Shown: positions 19,501 through 28,048 of the stretch, piece after piece | Position numbering within the stretch: the first letter of the stretch is position 1 | Layout: the number at the start of each line of letters is the position of its first letter | From: a virus | Taxonomy: Duplodnaviria > Caudoviricetes | Direction: 5' to 3' (one strand) | IMG/VR virus record: IMGVR_UViG_3300036800_000168 | Coordinates: 1 to 58,088 of that record | DNA length: 58,088 nucleotides | Translations under genes and position numbers: made by a program | Notes under the pieces: model-generated | Databases searched by the model: none | Seen by the model: only the letters and a program-made list of their open reading frames with translations | What the model was told of the DNA's origin: nothing

Positions 19501-20433
19501 AACGGGAGCGCCAGCCCAGTTGACGTTGCAAAGCGCCACCAGGACGGACCCGGCAGGCGGAGAGAACGACGCGGAGACCAGCGAGGTCGCGGTGGAGCCG
19601 CCTGCGGTCGTCGCGACTGCCGGGGTAGAGGCATCCTCGGTGACGACCATCCTCCCGGCGCCTGCGAGCGTCCCCGTCCCCGCCAGGGAGGCCGCCCCCG
19701 GGACTGCCTTGTGCCCCGCTCCGCCGAGGGAGCCGGTCCCGGACATGGCCGCTGCCCCCGGGACCGTCTTGTGCGCTGTCCCCCCGAGGGCGCCCGTCCC
19801 GGACAGGGCGGCAGCGCCGGAGATGACGGGGAGGACGTTGAAGTCCTGGAAGCCGCCGGTCCCGCTGGGCGACGCGGAGCCGCTGGCACTTCCGTAGTAC
19901 ATCTGCACGTAGGAGGTGGCGGCGGTCCAGGTGCCGATCGTCTCAGTCGTGGTCGTGTACCGGCTGGTCCACGTGACCGCATCGGGGGACGTCGAGAACG
20001 TGATGGTCCCGGCGGCCTCCGAGACCCTGATCCACTTGTGGTTCGTCGCGCTGTAGGCAAGCGTGAACAAGGTGGAGAAGGTACCGGAGGCCTGCTTCTG
20101 GACGTAGAAGTTACCGCCCGTGACGCCGGTCAGGTAGCCATCGACGATGGTCGCTGAGGTAAGGGCGAAGCCGGTGTCGTAGTCGCTGTTGCCGGTGTTG
20201 GGGACGACCCGCGCGAACACTGACGAGCTGGTCAGGTCGTAGGCGTTCTGGCTGTTGACGGACGTGTAGTAGCCGGTGTCCGCGTAGGTGCCGCCGCTCA
20301 GGCTGAGCTGGCCGCCCGAGACAGCCTCCGGGCCGGACGGGAGCCCGGTCCCGGAGTCCGGCTCGACGTACCAGTTGGTGGCGTTGAGGGTGGACCCGGG
20401 GAAGGCGTCGGTAAGCGTCGCCAGCTTCGCCAT
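16507..20433 (-). CDS. Large fibre-like virion protein with two lectin-like domains and ~19-aa GAAALSGxG repeats
   Basis: Duplicated L.D.FPG.TL...W / W[IV]R..E..GTI.F.T.PD..TW domain; dozens of A.LSG.G repeats. Confidence 0.8.
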   Translation of the reverse strand: MAKLATLTDAFPGSTLNATNWYVEPDSGTGLPSGPEAVSGGQLSLSGGTYADTGYYTSVNSQNAYDLTSSSVFARVVPNTGNSDYDTGFALTSATIVDGYLTGVTGGNFYVQKQASGTFSTLFTLAYSATNHKWIRVSEAAGTITFSTSPDAVTWTSRYTTTTETIGTWTAATSYVQMYYGSASGSASPSGTGGFQDFNVLPVISGAAALSGTGALGGTAHKTVPGAAAMSGTGSLGGAGHKAVPGAASLAGTGTLAGAGRMVVTEDASTPAVATTAGGSTATSLVSASFSPPAGSVLVALCNVNWAGAPVTFTGAASDSAVGTWTPGPVIVTGPAYQHSQIFTRPVTTAPGSITVTYSRGSDSSAAELMLAVRVVNGANVSSPQGASNTASGTTGTSIGVAVTPTVLGSLLYVVGGHASNYAADTALSGTTSISSALDVADGGTLDAGKSSSTVSSLTSTTVGWSQPSLSGGQGWQAAVLEIVPTSGTLNAAALSGTGALGGTAQKTVPGAAALSGSGTASGAGHLAGSAALSGTGALSGTGNAGTFGSAPLSGSGTAGGTATGTRISAAAMSGTGTLGGSITPLTPLLQTLRDSFPGTTLSALWTNPQGTVTIAGGQCAMPCTTGYTEIVSASAYSLAGSYALCKLTPDQGVPGVNYECSLFIGDAAEDNGWSFGFEDRGLLLAWQWVGNSTTVIGSPVTYDPVAHAWVRIRENSGTIYFDTAPDGLTWTNQFSTSDESPTDISSVYASVFTGYFSGEGGTDGTSYVASFNLPPLGVTMSGSGTLSAGAHFPRHAAVAMSGSGTMTGYVPLPFLTAAVPGLALPGSMVPGMPLAQAVSAAAALSGTGSLGGTARKAVPGAAALSGTGTAGATGTAVIPAAALLSGSGTAGATGQKRLPGAVSLSGTGTAGGTSQATRVGAALLAGTGTLAGTAHKQVPAAAPLSGSGTAGGTATEALLAAAVLAGLGILSGSAGGFFPGSASLSGTGTASGTGHKQVSGAAALSGLGTAAASPQVAYSAAVALSGLGTAGGTGQKALPGAAALSGSGSASSAGQKTIPGAAALSGLGTASGTAGKTIPGAAALGGLGALGGTGQKKVPGAAALSGLGAATASWTLSVHAAAALSGSGGLTAAATPFILGAAALSGSGSAGGTAHRSVHALAALAAQSSLHALAALARPGAAHLSAPGGFSAAGVIPQRGQAALAAHPVLFASGVNVLGAAALSAGTRLAVLATAGPDLEALWAAYQQARHRENRAFENWHMMRQAGGTDGTAGFLYAKAYEAERQADLAYKAFQAAQKRVFAGVTG

Positions 20434-20482
20434 CGGTTCTCCCGGGTAACGTCATCGGGCTGTCCGGGTTACCTCCCGGGCG

Positions 20483-20932
20483 TCACCACTGGGAGGCGTT
20501 CACCGTGACGGAGGCCGCCGCGAACTGGACCGTGTCACCGGAGGTCACCCCGGTGATGTTGGCGGTCAGCGCGCCCCACAGGTGCCGGACGGGGGTGCCG
20601 GAGGTATCCCAGACCTCGACCGCGACGGCGGTCGTCCAGGAGCCCGTCGCCGTCCAGGAGACCGCGTTGGCGTTGGAGAACTGGCCGCCGGAGACAGTGC
20701 CCGCGAAGACCGTGCCGAGCGACGCGCCGCCAGCGGTATACCCGTTGGAGGTAGTCAGCTCCGTGCCGGTGGCCGTCTCCGTGCCGATCACCGAGTAGAG
20801 CCGCAGGTGGTACGGCAGGGTGATGGCGAGGGCGGTGCCGCCGGTACCAGGGGCGAAAGTGGTCGCCGTGGACGTCTTGTAGAGGTTGGTCAGCAGCGTG
20901 TTGACCAGCGTCTGGTCCATCATCCCGGGCAT
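20483..20932 (-). CDS. Fibre-associated structural protein
   Basis: NANAVSW...G.W....VWD...WGALT...GDTVQFAA pattern typical of genes beside such fibres. Confidence 0.7.
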   Translation of the reverse strand: MPGMMDQTLVNTLLTNLYKTSTATTFAPGTGGTALAITLPYHLRLYSVIGTETATGTELTTSNGYTAGGASLGTVFAGTVSGGQFSNANAVSWTATGSWTTAVAVEVWDTSGTPVRHLWGALTANITGVTSGDTVQFAAASVTVNASQW

Positions 20933-21168
20933 CAGGCACCGCCTGCCGGCAGGACGTCAGCGGACCCGGGGAGCAGGGTGATGGTCACCGGGCGGCACGG
21001 GGCGCCGCTGGCGGTGGCCGCCTCCCCGTGGTGGTGGTCCTGCGGGCAGCACGTGCACCCCGCCGCGTCGAGCGCCGTGTGGACGTCCACGTCGTGCGCG
21101 GTGATGGTGGCTACTGCCGTGCAGTCCTTGTTCTTGCACTGGACCAGGTGCACTTGGCCCCTCCTCAT
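20932..21168 (-). CDS. Small Cys/His-rich protein
   Basis: Coupled to portal stop and to the next start; CTCCPQDHHH. Confidence 0.65.
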   Translation of the reverse strand: MRRGQVHLVQCKNKDCTAVATITAHDVDVHTALDAAGCTCCPQDHHHGEAATASGAPCRPVTITLLPGSADVLPAGGA

Positions 21169-23447
21169 CCCCGTCCAGGGGCGTAGCGGTCGTAGTCGAG
21201 CAGCTCGGTGTCGTCCTCCGTCACGCCGAGGCGCGAGCGGATGCCGACGTGGGCCGGGTCCTGGTAGCCGCGAATCGGCTGACCGGAGAACCAGGTGCCC
21301 TGTCCCTTCTGGGCCTGGGCCTCGGTTTCCGGCAGGTGCGCGGTGAGGATGAAGCCGCCGTCCCCGGCGACGGCCGCCATGTCGCCCTCACGGGCTGCCT
21401 CGTCCACCGCCCGGGACAGCGCCGCCATCTTGCGGACGCGCTCGGTGCGGCTCAGCAGCGCGCCCTTCTTCGGCATGCCGCCGCGCTTGCGGCCGGCCTT
21501 CGGCATGGTGCCGCGCTGCTCGTCGGACTCCGGGGGCCGCGCGCCCTCGCCGCCCGCGTCCTCGCCGGCTTCCTCGCCCTCCGGCGGCGCGTTGAGGGGG
21601 CCGCCCGCCTGGGCTTCCATCTGCTCGGCCATGGCGGCGTCGTCGGGGGTGGGGGCGAGGTCGGGCAGCGGGACGGGCTGCGTGCCCATCCGGTCGATCA
21701 TCACCGCCTCGCCGGCGACGGCGGGCGGCACGCCCTCAACCTGGGCGACCGGGGCGAAGTCGGCGGCGAGGTCCATCGGGATGGGCAGCCCCTGGTTGCG
21801 CAGCTCGATGTAGGCCTGCCTGCGGGTGCGCGCCTGGCCGATGATGTCGGCGACCGCCTCGTCCTGCGACCGCTCGCGCTCCTCGTCCAGGTCGATGCCG
21901 AGGCCCCGGGTGCGGGTGCGCTGGGAGACGGGGATGCCGGACGCGCGGATCGCCTCGACGAACTGGCGGGTGGTGTCCTCGTCGCGGAAGTTGAGGACGG
22001 CGCACTTCAGCTCGGGCACCAGGAGCTTGGGCTGCTCGGTGATCCGCTTCTCGCCGGTTTCCTCGTCGGTTTCGAGGACCTCTTCCATGATCACGAAGCG
22101 GCGGCCGTTGCGCTCCTCGTAGTCGTAGTGCTCCTGGGCCTCCGCGCAGATGAGCATCCGCTGGCGCATGTGCTTCGTCAGCATCTTCTGGTAGGACTGC
22201 ATGAGCTGCTCGACGAGCTGCTTGTTGAGCGCGTCGGCCGCGTAGGTCTGGCCTTCCCCGGCGCCCATCAGGAAGGTGCGCGAGAGGCCGAACACCTGGA
22301 GGACCCGGTCCTCGATGCGCTCGAAGTCGGCGCTCAGGTCGGGCATGTTCTCCCGGCCGAACACGGACTCCAGCTCGACGGCGAAGTTGTGGATGAGCAC
22401 GCGGAAGTCGCCGGCGAGGGCGGCGTCCAGGGCCAGCTCGAAGTTCTCCAGGTCGTCGTCGGTGGGGATCCAGGGGACGGACGTGCCGAGGTCGGTGGCG
22501 CTCGCGCCGAGCTTGGCGAGCAGCAGCGGGGTGTAGAGCCGGTCGGCGATCGAGTCGAGCGCGGTGTTGAGCATCTCCTGCTGGAGCATCGAGCGCATCG
22601 CCCGGGTCAGCAGCGGGAGCCCCCTGAGGTTGAAGGTGTCGCCCTTGAACCTGAGCTGCCGCAGCAGCACCGAGGAGACCGGCATGAACGCGTTCTCCGC
22701 CGTGTAGGCGGCCAGCTCGGGGTACTCCTGGATCATCTTGTTGTACTCCCAGGCGGGCTGCCTGGTGGTGAGGACCTGCCGGATCGTCCACGGCAGCCGG
22801 GTGAAGTAGCGGGGCTCCTTGAGGAACGGGCTGCGCTCGACCTTGATGTCGTCGGGGTTGAGCAGTTCCTCGTCGTCCCAGATGCCGAGGTCCTCATTGA
22901 ATGTCGCGAATGGCCACGCTTCGCCCGTTATGTAATACTCTCGCCCGATATCGACCAGGAACTCCGAGTAGTCCAGTCCCTCGTCGCCGAAGAACAGGTC
23001 CTCGTAGAAGTCGGTCAGCCGCTGGTCCTTGCACTCCAGGTGCGCGCCGACCACCGGGAACTTGCTGAAGATGTCCACGCAGGAGCCGACGATCGGGTCG
23101 GTCTGGTACAGCAGGCGGCAGAACGCCCGGACCTTCGCAAGCTCCTCGTTCTGGCTGAAGTCGTACGGGAGGTTGTTCTGCCGCCAGTAGAACAGCGGGT
23201 CCCTGGGGCGGCCGGTGGCGAACTGGATATCGGAGAAGCCGGATCCCCCCGACCCGCCACTGGAGTAGGCGGTGCGGCGGCCGAGGCTCCCCTGCCGGGC
23301 GTTGACCCGCCGGTTCTTGCGGGCCTCGGCGACCTCAGGGCTCATCTGCTCAACGGCGACTGCCCCGGCGCCCACCGTCCGGCTGAGCTGCCGGGTAACC
23401 GACGCCTGGCGGGCAGCACCTGACCCCGGCTTGTACGCGACTCGCAT
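21165..23447 (-). CDS. Portal protein
   Basis: CRLLY..DPIV.SCVDI.SKFP.VG, RG.P.L.R..R.+L..E.LN.A.D.IADRLYTP....KLG, as in the Bxz1-type portal; AGGAGG RBS. Confidence 0.88.
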   Translation of the reverse strand: MRVAYKPGSGAARQASVTRQLSRTVGAGAVAVEQMSPEVAEARKNRRVNARQGSLGRRTAYSSGGSGGSGFSDIQFATGRPRDPLFYWRQNNLPYDFSQNEELAKVRAFCRLLYQTDPIVGSCVDIFSKFPVVGAHLECKDQRLTDFYEDLFFGDEGLDYSEFLVDIGREYYITGEAWPFATFNEDLGIWDDEELLNPDDIKVERSPFLKEPRYFTRLPWTIRQVLTTRQPAWEYNKMIQEYPELAAYTAENAFMPVSSVLLRQLRFKGDTFNLRGLPLLTRAMRSMLQQEMLNTALDSIADRLYTPLLLAKLGASATDLGTSVPWIPTDDDLENFELALDAALAGDFRVLIHNFAVELESVFGRENMPDLSADFERIEDRVLQVFGLSRTFLMGAGEGQTYAADALNKQLVEQLMQSYQKMLTKHMRQRMLICAEAQEHYDYEERNGRRFVIMEEVLETDEETGEKRITEQPKLLVPELKCAVLNFRDEDTTRQFVEAIRASGIPVSQRTRTRGLGIDLDEERERSQDEAVADIIGQARTRRQAYIELRNQGLPIPMDLAADFAPVAQVEGVPPAVAGEAVMIDRMGTQPVPLPDLAPTPDDAAMAEQMEAQAGGPLNAPPEGEEAGEDAGGEGARPPESDEQRGTMPKAGRKRGGMPKKGALLSRTERVRKMAALSRAVDEAAREGDMAAVAGDGGFILTAHLPETEAQAQKGQGTWFSGQPIRGYQDPAHVGIRSRLGVTEDDTELLDYDRYAPGRG

Positions 23448-23654
23448 CTGGCCTCCTAACCCTTCCGGGGCAGGAGGCCAGGCGGCTACTCAGGCGGGAC
23501 GGCCGCCAGGATCAGGTGAGCGAACTGGCGCCACTCGTCCCAGGTGCGGGACGGGCGCAGGATGATCCACCCGGACACCCCGTGCTCGGTCAGCTCAGGC
23601 CCGGAGGCGGACCCGACGACGCGGCGCCCGGGCTCGCCGGCTACCGACAACGGC

Positions 23655-24029
23655 TCACTCATCGCCGTACGGCCCGTTCATCTGCTCGCGCATCTGGCTC
23701 ATTACGCTCCGGTCGTTCAGGTGCTTCACCAGGTTGGGGAACCACTGGCGCGGGTCGTGCCCGAGCGGCAGGGAAAACGGCCTGTCCGGGTCGTTGCGGT
23801 GCTGGACTATCACCTGCGGGCCCCTCACGTTCCCGGGGCCGACGGCATCGGGATGAGATATGGGGAGCAGCGTGTGCCCGGTCTCCATCCGGACGTTGTG
23901 CGGCCCGTGCGGCTGGAACACCGAGGCGAGCTGCTGCCGGAGCCTGACCTCGTTCTGGTGCTGCTCCGTAGTCCACCCGGGGGTCATGGCCGGGCTGGTG
24001 AAGTGCGTGTCGTTGTAGCCCACGGTCAC
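23655..24029 (-). CDS. Hypothetical protein (paralog of 24026-24430)
   Basis: ETGH...H..DPD...LG...DR..M....Q shared; GGAG RBS. Confidence 0.7.
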   Translation of the reverse strand: MTVGYNDTHFTSPAMTPGWTTEQHQNEVRLRQQLASVFQPHGPHNVRMETGHTLLPISHPDAVGPGNVRGPQVIVQHRNDPDRPFSLPLGHDPRQWFPNLVKHLNDRSVMSQMREQMNGPYGDE

Positions 24030-24430
24030 GGGCTCCTGTCCATGAATACGTCAGTGTCCGGTGAGCGGTGGGTGATCACCCGCTGAGCGTCGTGGTCGTA
24101 GCCGGTCGGGTTATTGTTGAGCCGCGCCCGGTTGTACTGATCGCCCAGGTGCCCCATGAACTCGCGGTCCCGGAACACCCGGCTGACCCGGGCGCCGACG
24201 TCGTCGTCCCCGGTGCCGAGGTGCACGTGCACCAGGGACAGGTCCGGGTCCCCGGCGTGGCCGCCGCTCAGGTTCCAGTTGCCCTCGGGGTCCCGGTCCA
24301 CCATGAAGTGGTGGCCGGTCTCCGTCTCCCAGAAGCCCGAGCTGCCGTGGACGGGGAAGCCGTGCCCGGCCAGGTCCTGCGAGGCCCGGTCGATCGCCTG
24401 GGCGTGGTCGCCGAGGTTCCAGTCGCCCAT
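24026..24430 (-). CDS. Hypothetical protein
   Basis: Start MGDWNL at 24430 after GAGGAGGAG. Confidence 0.7.
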   Translation of the reverse strand: MGDWNLGDHAQAIDRASQDLAGHGFPVHGSSGFWETETGHHFMVDRDPEGNWNLSGGHAGDPDLSLVHVHLGTGDDDVGARVSRVFRDREFMGHLGDQYNRARLNNNPTGYDHDAQRVITHRSPDTDVFMDRSP

Positions 24431-24675
24431 CAGCTCCTCCTCGCGGTGAACCGGGGACTGCGGGAGGCGTCGGCCGACCCGTCCCACTGCGGGTCGGCGG
24501 CGGCGTGGTCCTGCTCATGCAGGTGCAGCAGGGTGCGCAGGGGCAGCAGGTACGCGACGTCCTGGTTGTGGGTGCCGTACATGTGACCGCGCAGGTCCTC
24601 CAGGCTGTGCAGCGGCTCGTGTCCCTCGGGGGTCGCCGCGCGGGTGAATGCCTCCGCCAGCCGCAGGCTCACCAC
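24430..24675 (-). CDS. Hypothetical protein with four-His motif
   Basis: LRGHMYGTHN-x15-HEQDH; GAGGAG RBS. Confidence 0.7.
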   Translation of the reverse strand: MVSLRLAEAFTRAATPEGHEPLHSLEDLRGHMYGTHNQDVAYLLPLRTLLHLHEQDHAAADPQWDGSADASRSPRFTARRS

Positions 24676-25856
24676 TGGCTCCTCGGGGGATCGATGCCGT
24701 TCTGGCGCATCCAGTCCTGGTCGCCGAGGTGGATGTCCTCGCCGTACTCGTCCTCCAGGTCCGGGTGCACGTGCTCCAGGGGAGCGTCGGCGTGCTCGTT
24801 CCGGTGCGTCTCTTCGATCACCCAGTCCGGGTCGTCAGGGGTGTCGATGAACCCGTGCCGATCCCTCATGTGATGCCGCAGGGCCTGCTCGGGCATGTCC
24901 TCGTGGTTATGCTCGACGCGCACGGCCGTTCTCCCGAAAGGGCGGCGGCGCCGGGACCCCTGGGCGGGACGCCACTCCGACGGGGCGGTGCCCGCGCCCG
25001 GTCCCCGGTGCCACTCGGGGGACTGGTAGCGGCTGCTCGGCTCGCCGAGGTCGCTGGTGGTGGCGCGCACGAAGTCGCGGGCAGGACCGCGCCCCAGGTG
25101 CGCCTCGGCCATCTTGCAGGCGTCGTCGCGGGTCCCCGAGTGGCCCAGGTCCATGAGGTGCACGTGCCGGGAGTGGGGCTCCGGCGGGCTGATCATCCCG
25201 TACCAGCCGGCCCCGTGGCGGCCGACGGTCACCTGGTGGCCGCTGCCGAGGGTGCGGTAGGGCAGCGGCGCGCCGTCGTCGGCGGTGACCCTCCGGCGTC
25301 CCTCGGCGCGGAGCACGGCCATCACCTTCGGGCTGGCGCCGGACGCCCGGACGGCGACGTGCCGCAGGAGCTGCTCCTCGGTGAGGGGCTGCCCTTCGAG
25401 GCCGTTGTACCGGCGCACGGCGATCCCGTGGAGGCCGGCCTTCTTCTTCGACTTCGGGGGCGGCCCGGCATCCTCGTCCTCGTCACCGTCTCCTGACGGC
25501 GGGGCGTCCTCGTCCGGCGGCGCGTCGCCTGCCCCGTCGTCTTCCCCGGGGGGCAGCCCGCCCTCGTCGTCCATCGGCATGCCGTCGGGACCGACCATGC
25601 CGGGGTCCACCAGTCCGCCGTCAGGCCCGACGTCCGAGGGAGCGCCCGGCCCCATGGGCATCTGCGGCATGCCGGGGAACGCGGGCTGTACCCGCACGAT
25701 GTAGTTCTGGCCGCAGAAGTAGCAGCCGATCGTGCCGTCGGAGCGGCCGACCACCTGGCCGGCGCCGCAGAACGGGCAGTGGCTGGTGACCAGCGGGTCG
25801 CCGGGGTCATGCGCTACCTTGCGGCCGACGCCGCGCGGCCGGGTCATCGTCGTCAT
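24669..25856 (-). CDS. Zinc-finger head-region polyprotein
   Basis: HCPFCGAGQVVGRSDG.I.C.FC; acidic linker; C-terminal four-His motif; AGGAGG RBS. Confidence 0.75.
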   Translation of the reverse strand: MTTMTRPRGVGRKVAHDPGDPLVTSHCPFCGAGQVVGRSDGTIGCYFCGQNYIVRVQPAFPGMPQMPMGPGAPSDVGPDGGLVDPGMVGPDGMPMDDEGGLPPGEDDGAGDAPPDEDAPPSGDGDEDEDAGPPPKSKKKAGLHGIAVRRYNGLEGQPLTEEQLLRHVAVRASGASPKVMAVLRAEGRRRVTADDGAPLPYRTLGSGHQVTVGRHGAGWYGMISPPEPHSRHVHLMDLGHSGTRDDACKMAEAHLGRGPARDFVRATTSDLGEPSSRYQSPEWHRGPGAGTAPSEWRPAQGSRRRRPFGRTAVRVEHNHEDMPEQALRHHMRDRHGFIDTPDDPDWVIEETHRNEHADAPLEHVHPDLEDEYGEDIHLGDQDWMRQNGIDPPRSQW

Positions 25857-25880
25857 CAGGGGCCTCCTAGTACTTCCGCG

Positions 25881-26138
25881 TCAGAAAACCGCGCGAGTAC
25901 CGAACTCGTCGATGCCATAATCGGCGGCCCGCGCCTCGACGTCTGCCTTGCGGAGCTTGCGGGCGTTCCTGGCAGCGTCGCGGTACGCGTCGGCGACGAA
26001 CAGGAACCAGTCCGACAGCTCCTTCCTGGCCTCGGTGAAAGTGGCAAAGACCTCGCTGTCGTCCACCGGGTCGGTAGTGGGGAAGATGCTGCCGTGCTGG
26101 CCGTCGGCCGTGAACCCCCAGTTGACCTTCTCTGCCAT
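25881..26138 (-). CDS. Hypothetical protein
   Basis: Plausible codon use; divergent from the early block. Confidence 0.55.
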   Translation of the reverse strand: MAEKVNWGFTADGQHGSIFPTTDPVDDSEVFATFTEARKELSDWFLFVADAYRDAARNARKLRKADVEARAADYGIDEFGTRAVF

Positions 26139-26161
26139 GTGGCGATTCTACGCTTAGTCGG

Positions 26162-26190
26162 TAGTGGATTACAGCTTTCCTTGATAAGAT
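26162..26190 (+). promoter_or_regulatory. Promoter with conserved spacer box (leaderless gene follows)
   Basis: TAGTGG-attacagctttccttga-TAAGAT; ATG 7 nt later. Confidence 0.75.
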
Positions 26191-26197
26191 CTGGGTC

Positions 26198-26509
26198 ATG
26201 GAAACTACCGACCAAGCCGGGACCGCCATCGAGGCCGACGCCCGGGTCCTGGAGGCCGCAGCGGACGTCCTGAAGCGCCGCTTCGGCATGCTGACCGCAG
26301 GGGACCTGATCTCCGGGCTCACCGGGGCCGCCGTGAGCATCCGCGCCCGGGGCGGGATCATCAAGCCGGTCATCCCGGGGACGACCGGGAGCAACAAGCC
26401 CCGGCTCCGCCGGCTGAATGAGCCGCGCAACGGCACCCTGGAGCGGAAGCTCGACGAGCCATGGAACGACGAGCCGGGCCACGGCTACCACGAGGCAGGA
26501 AACCACTAA
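26198..26509 (+). CDS. Hypothetical protein
   Basis: First gene of the operon. Confidence 0.65.
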   Translation: METTDQAGTAIEADARVLEAAADVLKRRFGMLTAGDLISGLTGAAVSIRARGGIIKPVIPGTTGSNKPRLRRLNEPRNGTLERKLDEPWNDEPGHGYHEAGNH

Positions 26510-26983
26510 ATGAGGATGCTAGACAGCCTGACGCCAGCCGAGATCAAGGCGGCCATTCCGATGGTGTTCCCGGAGGACGGGCACGCCGAGTCCCACCATC
26601 TCCTGGATGCCGTAGCGGAGAAGCTCGACTCCAGCCGGAACGCTACCCCTGGCGGCTTCCAGCACACCCGGGACCTCGAACGCTACTTCGCCCGGGTGAA
26701 GCGGGCGCTCGACGCCCTCGCCGCCGAGGGGACCCTGATCCGGGTCGGATCGAAGGAGCGTCCCCCGGACGGCACCAGCCCCGGCAGCGTGCACTACTAC
26801 ACCCCGGAGGCGTTTGCCGCCGCGAAGGCCAGGAGCGAGCAGCGCGAGGCCGGGGCCCTGACGGAGAAGGTGCGCTGGGAGCGGATCGCCGTGCGGCTGC
26901 TCGCGGCGGACGTCACGCTGCGCAGGGACGGCTCCCTGTCCGCCGAGTCCTGGGAGCGCCTGCTGGAGGTGACCGGGCTGTGA
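26510..26983 (+). CDS. Hypothetical protein, possibly winged helix
   Basis: VKRALDALAAEGTLIRV pattern. Confidence 0.6.
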   Translation: MRMLDSLTPAEIKAAIPMVFPEDGHAESHHLLDAVAEKLDSSRNATPGGFQHTRDLERYFARVKRALDALAAEGTLIRVGSKERPPDGTSPGSVHYYTPEAFAAAKARSEQREAGALTEKVRWERIAVRLLAADVTLRRDGSLSAESWERLLEVTGL

Positions 26984-27300
26984 CGACCGAAGAGGATGCG
27001 CTCCCTCCTGTCACAGAGGAACTGCTGAGGGGAATGGAGTGGCGCTACGCCGTCCCCCGGTGCTGCCGGGTGTGCGGTGCCGCGCTCCAGGTGTCGGACT
27101 CGCGCGGCATGAAGATGACCTGCACGTCCGACGCCGCCTCCCCGCTGCGGGGCAAGCACGAGGCTGCCGGCGCTACCTGGAAGCAAGCCATGGACCACTG
27201 GCAGGACTCCACCCTTTACGACCCGCCCGAGGGAGACCTTCGCGTCCTCGCGCTGGTCGCCGAGGTGCGGCGGCTCCGGAAGGAGGAAGCAGGCAAGTGA
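26980..27300 (+). CDS. Hypothetical protein (CxxC; ends LVAEVRRLR)
   Basis: GTGA overlap, GGAGG upstream. Confidence 0.65.
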   Translation: MTTEEDALPPVTEELLRGMEWRYAVPRCCRVCGAALQVSDSRGMKMTCTSDAASPLRGKHEAAGATWKQAMDHWQDSTLYDPPEGDLRVLALVAEVRRLRKEEAGK

Positions 27301-27908
27301 AGGTAGCAGACGCGCGCCGCATGCTGGAGGCAGCAGGCGGCATCGCAGGCCTCGAAAAGCTTCTCGAAGTCCCGCTCAGCAGCTTCCACCACGGATGTCA
27401 CGCGGGGTCCCTGCTCGTGCTCCGCACCGGGGTCTTCGGTCCTGGCCGGGTTGCCCGGGGGTTCGCCGACGGCGTCAGGGGCCAGCACTCCTGGATCGTC
27501 CTCGGCGGCAGCCCGTACGACACCGACGCGGTGATCGCCGACCCCACGCTGTGGAGCTACCAGGGCGCCGAGCCGTACATCCACTTCGCCCGGAACTCGA
27601 TGCGGACCCACGTCCCGCACGGGACAGGGAGCATCTGGGCGACCGGCGCGCCGCCTGAGCCCCAGGGCAAGACCATCGCGCTGGACTGGCAGGACCCCCC
27701 GTCCGGGGCGGCGCAGGCGTTCCTAGAGGTCTGCGGACCGCTGGACCTGCGGGGGTGGATGTTCCTCGCCAACTCCCCCGTCATCGGGTGGCCGGCCGGG
27801 GAGATCCTCTCCGCCGTCGCCGACACTCCGGGACTGGGCCAGTCGCTGATCCCGATCGACATCCTCGGCATGGTCACCGACCGCAACCCGAAGGGACTGT
27901 ACTGGTGA
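27297..27908 (+). CDS. Hypothetical protein with possible Cys-His-Asp (transglutaminase-like) core
   Basis: GCH...HSWIV...IADPT; GTGA overlap. Confidence 0.55.
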   Translation: MKVADARRMLEAAGGIAGLEKLLEVPLSSFHHGCHAGSLLVLRTGVFGPGRVARGFADGVRGQHSWIVLGGSPYDTDAVIADPTLWSYQGAEPYIHFARNSMRTHVPHGTGSIWATGAPPEPQGKTIALDWQDPPSGAAQAFLEVCGPLDLRGWMFLANSPVIGWPAGEILSAVADTPGLGQSLIPIDILGMVTDRNPKGLYW

Positions 27909-28048
27909 GCCGGTGGGACACGACCATCAGCGCCGCCGCCTGGAACGACCTGGTGGCGCGCTACCGGGACGTCGGCGGCGAGAAGGCCAGCGACTTCGAG
28001 CTGGCGGAGCTGCTCCGGCAGAAGGTAACGGAGGTGGAAGGCGAGTGA
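27905..28048 (+). CDS. Small hypothetical protein
   Basis: GTGA overlaps at both ends. Confidence 0.55.
   Translation: MSRWDTTISAAAWNDLVARYRDVGGEKASDFELAELLRQKVTEVEGE

Noticed and set aside
16700-19830. Periodic ~57-bp repeats resembling a CRISPR or DNA repeat array
   Set aside because: Degenerate at synonymous sites and in frame; they encode GAAALSGxG protein repeats
21249-23423. 724-aa plus-strand ORF
   Set aside because: Antisense shadow of the portal
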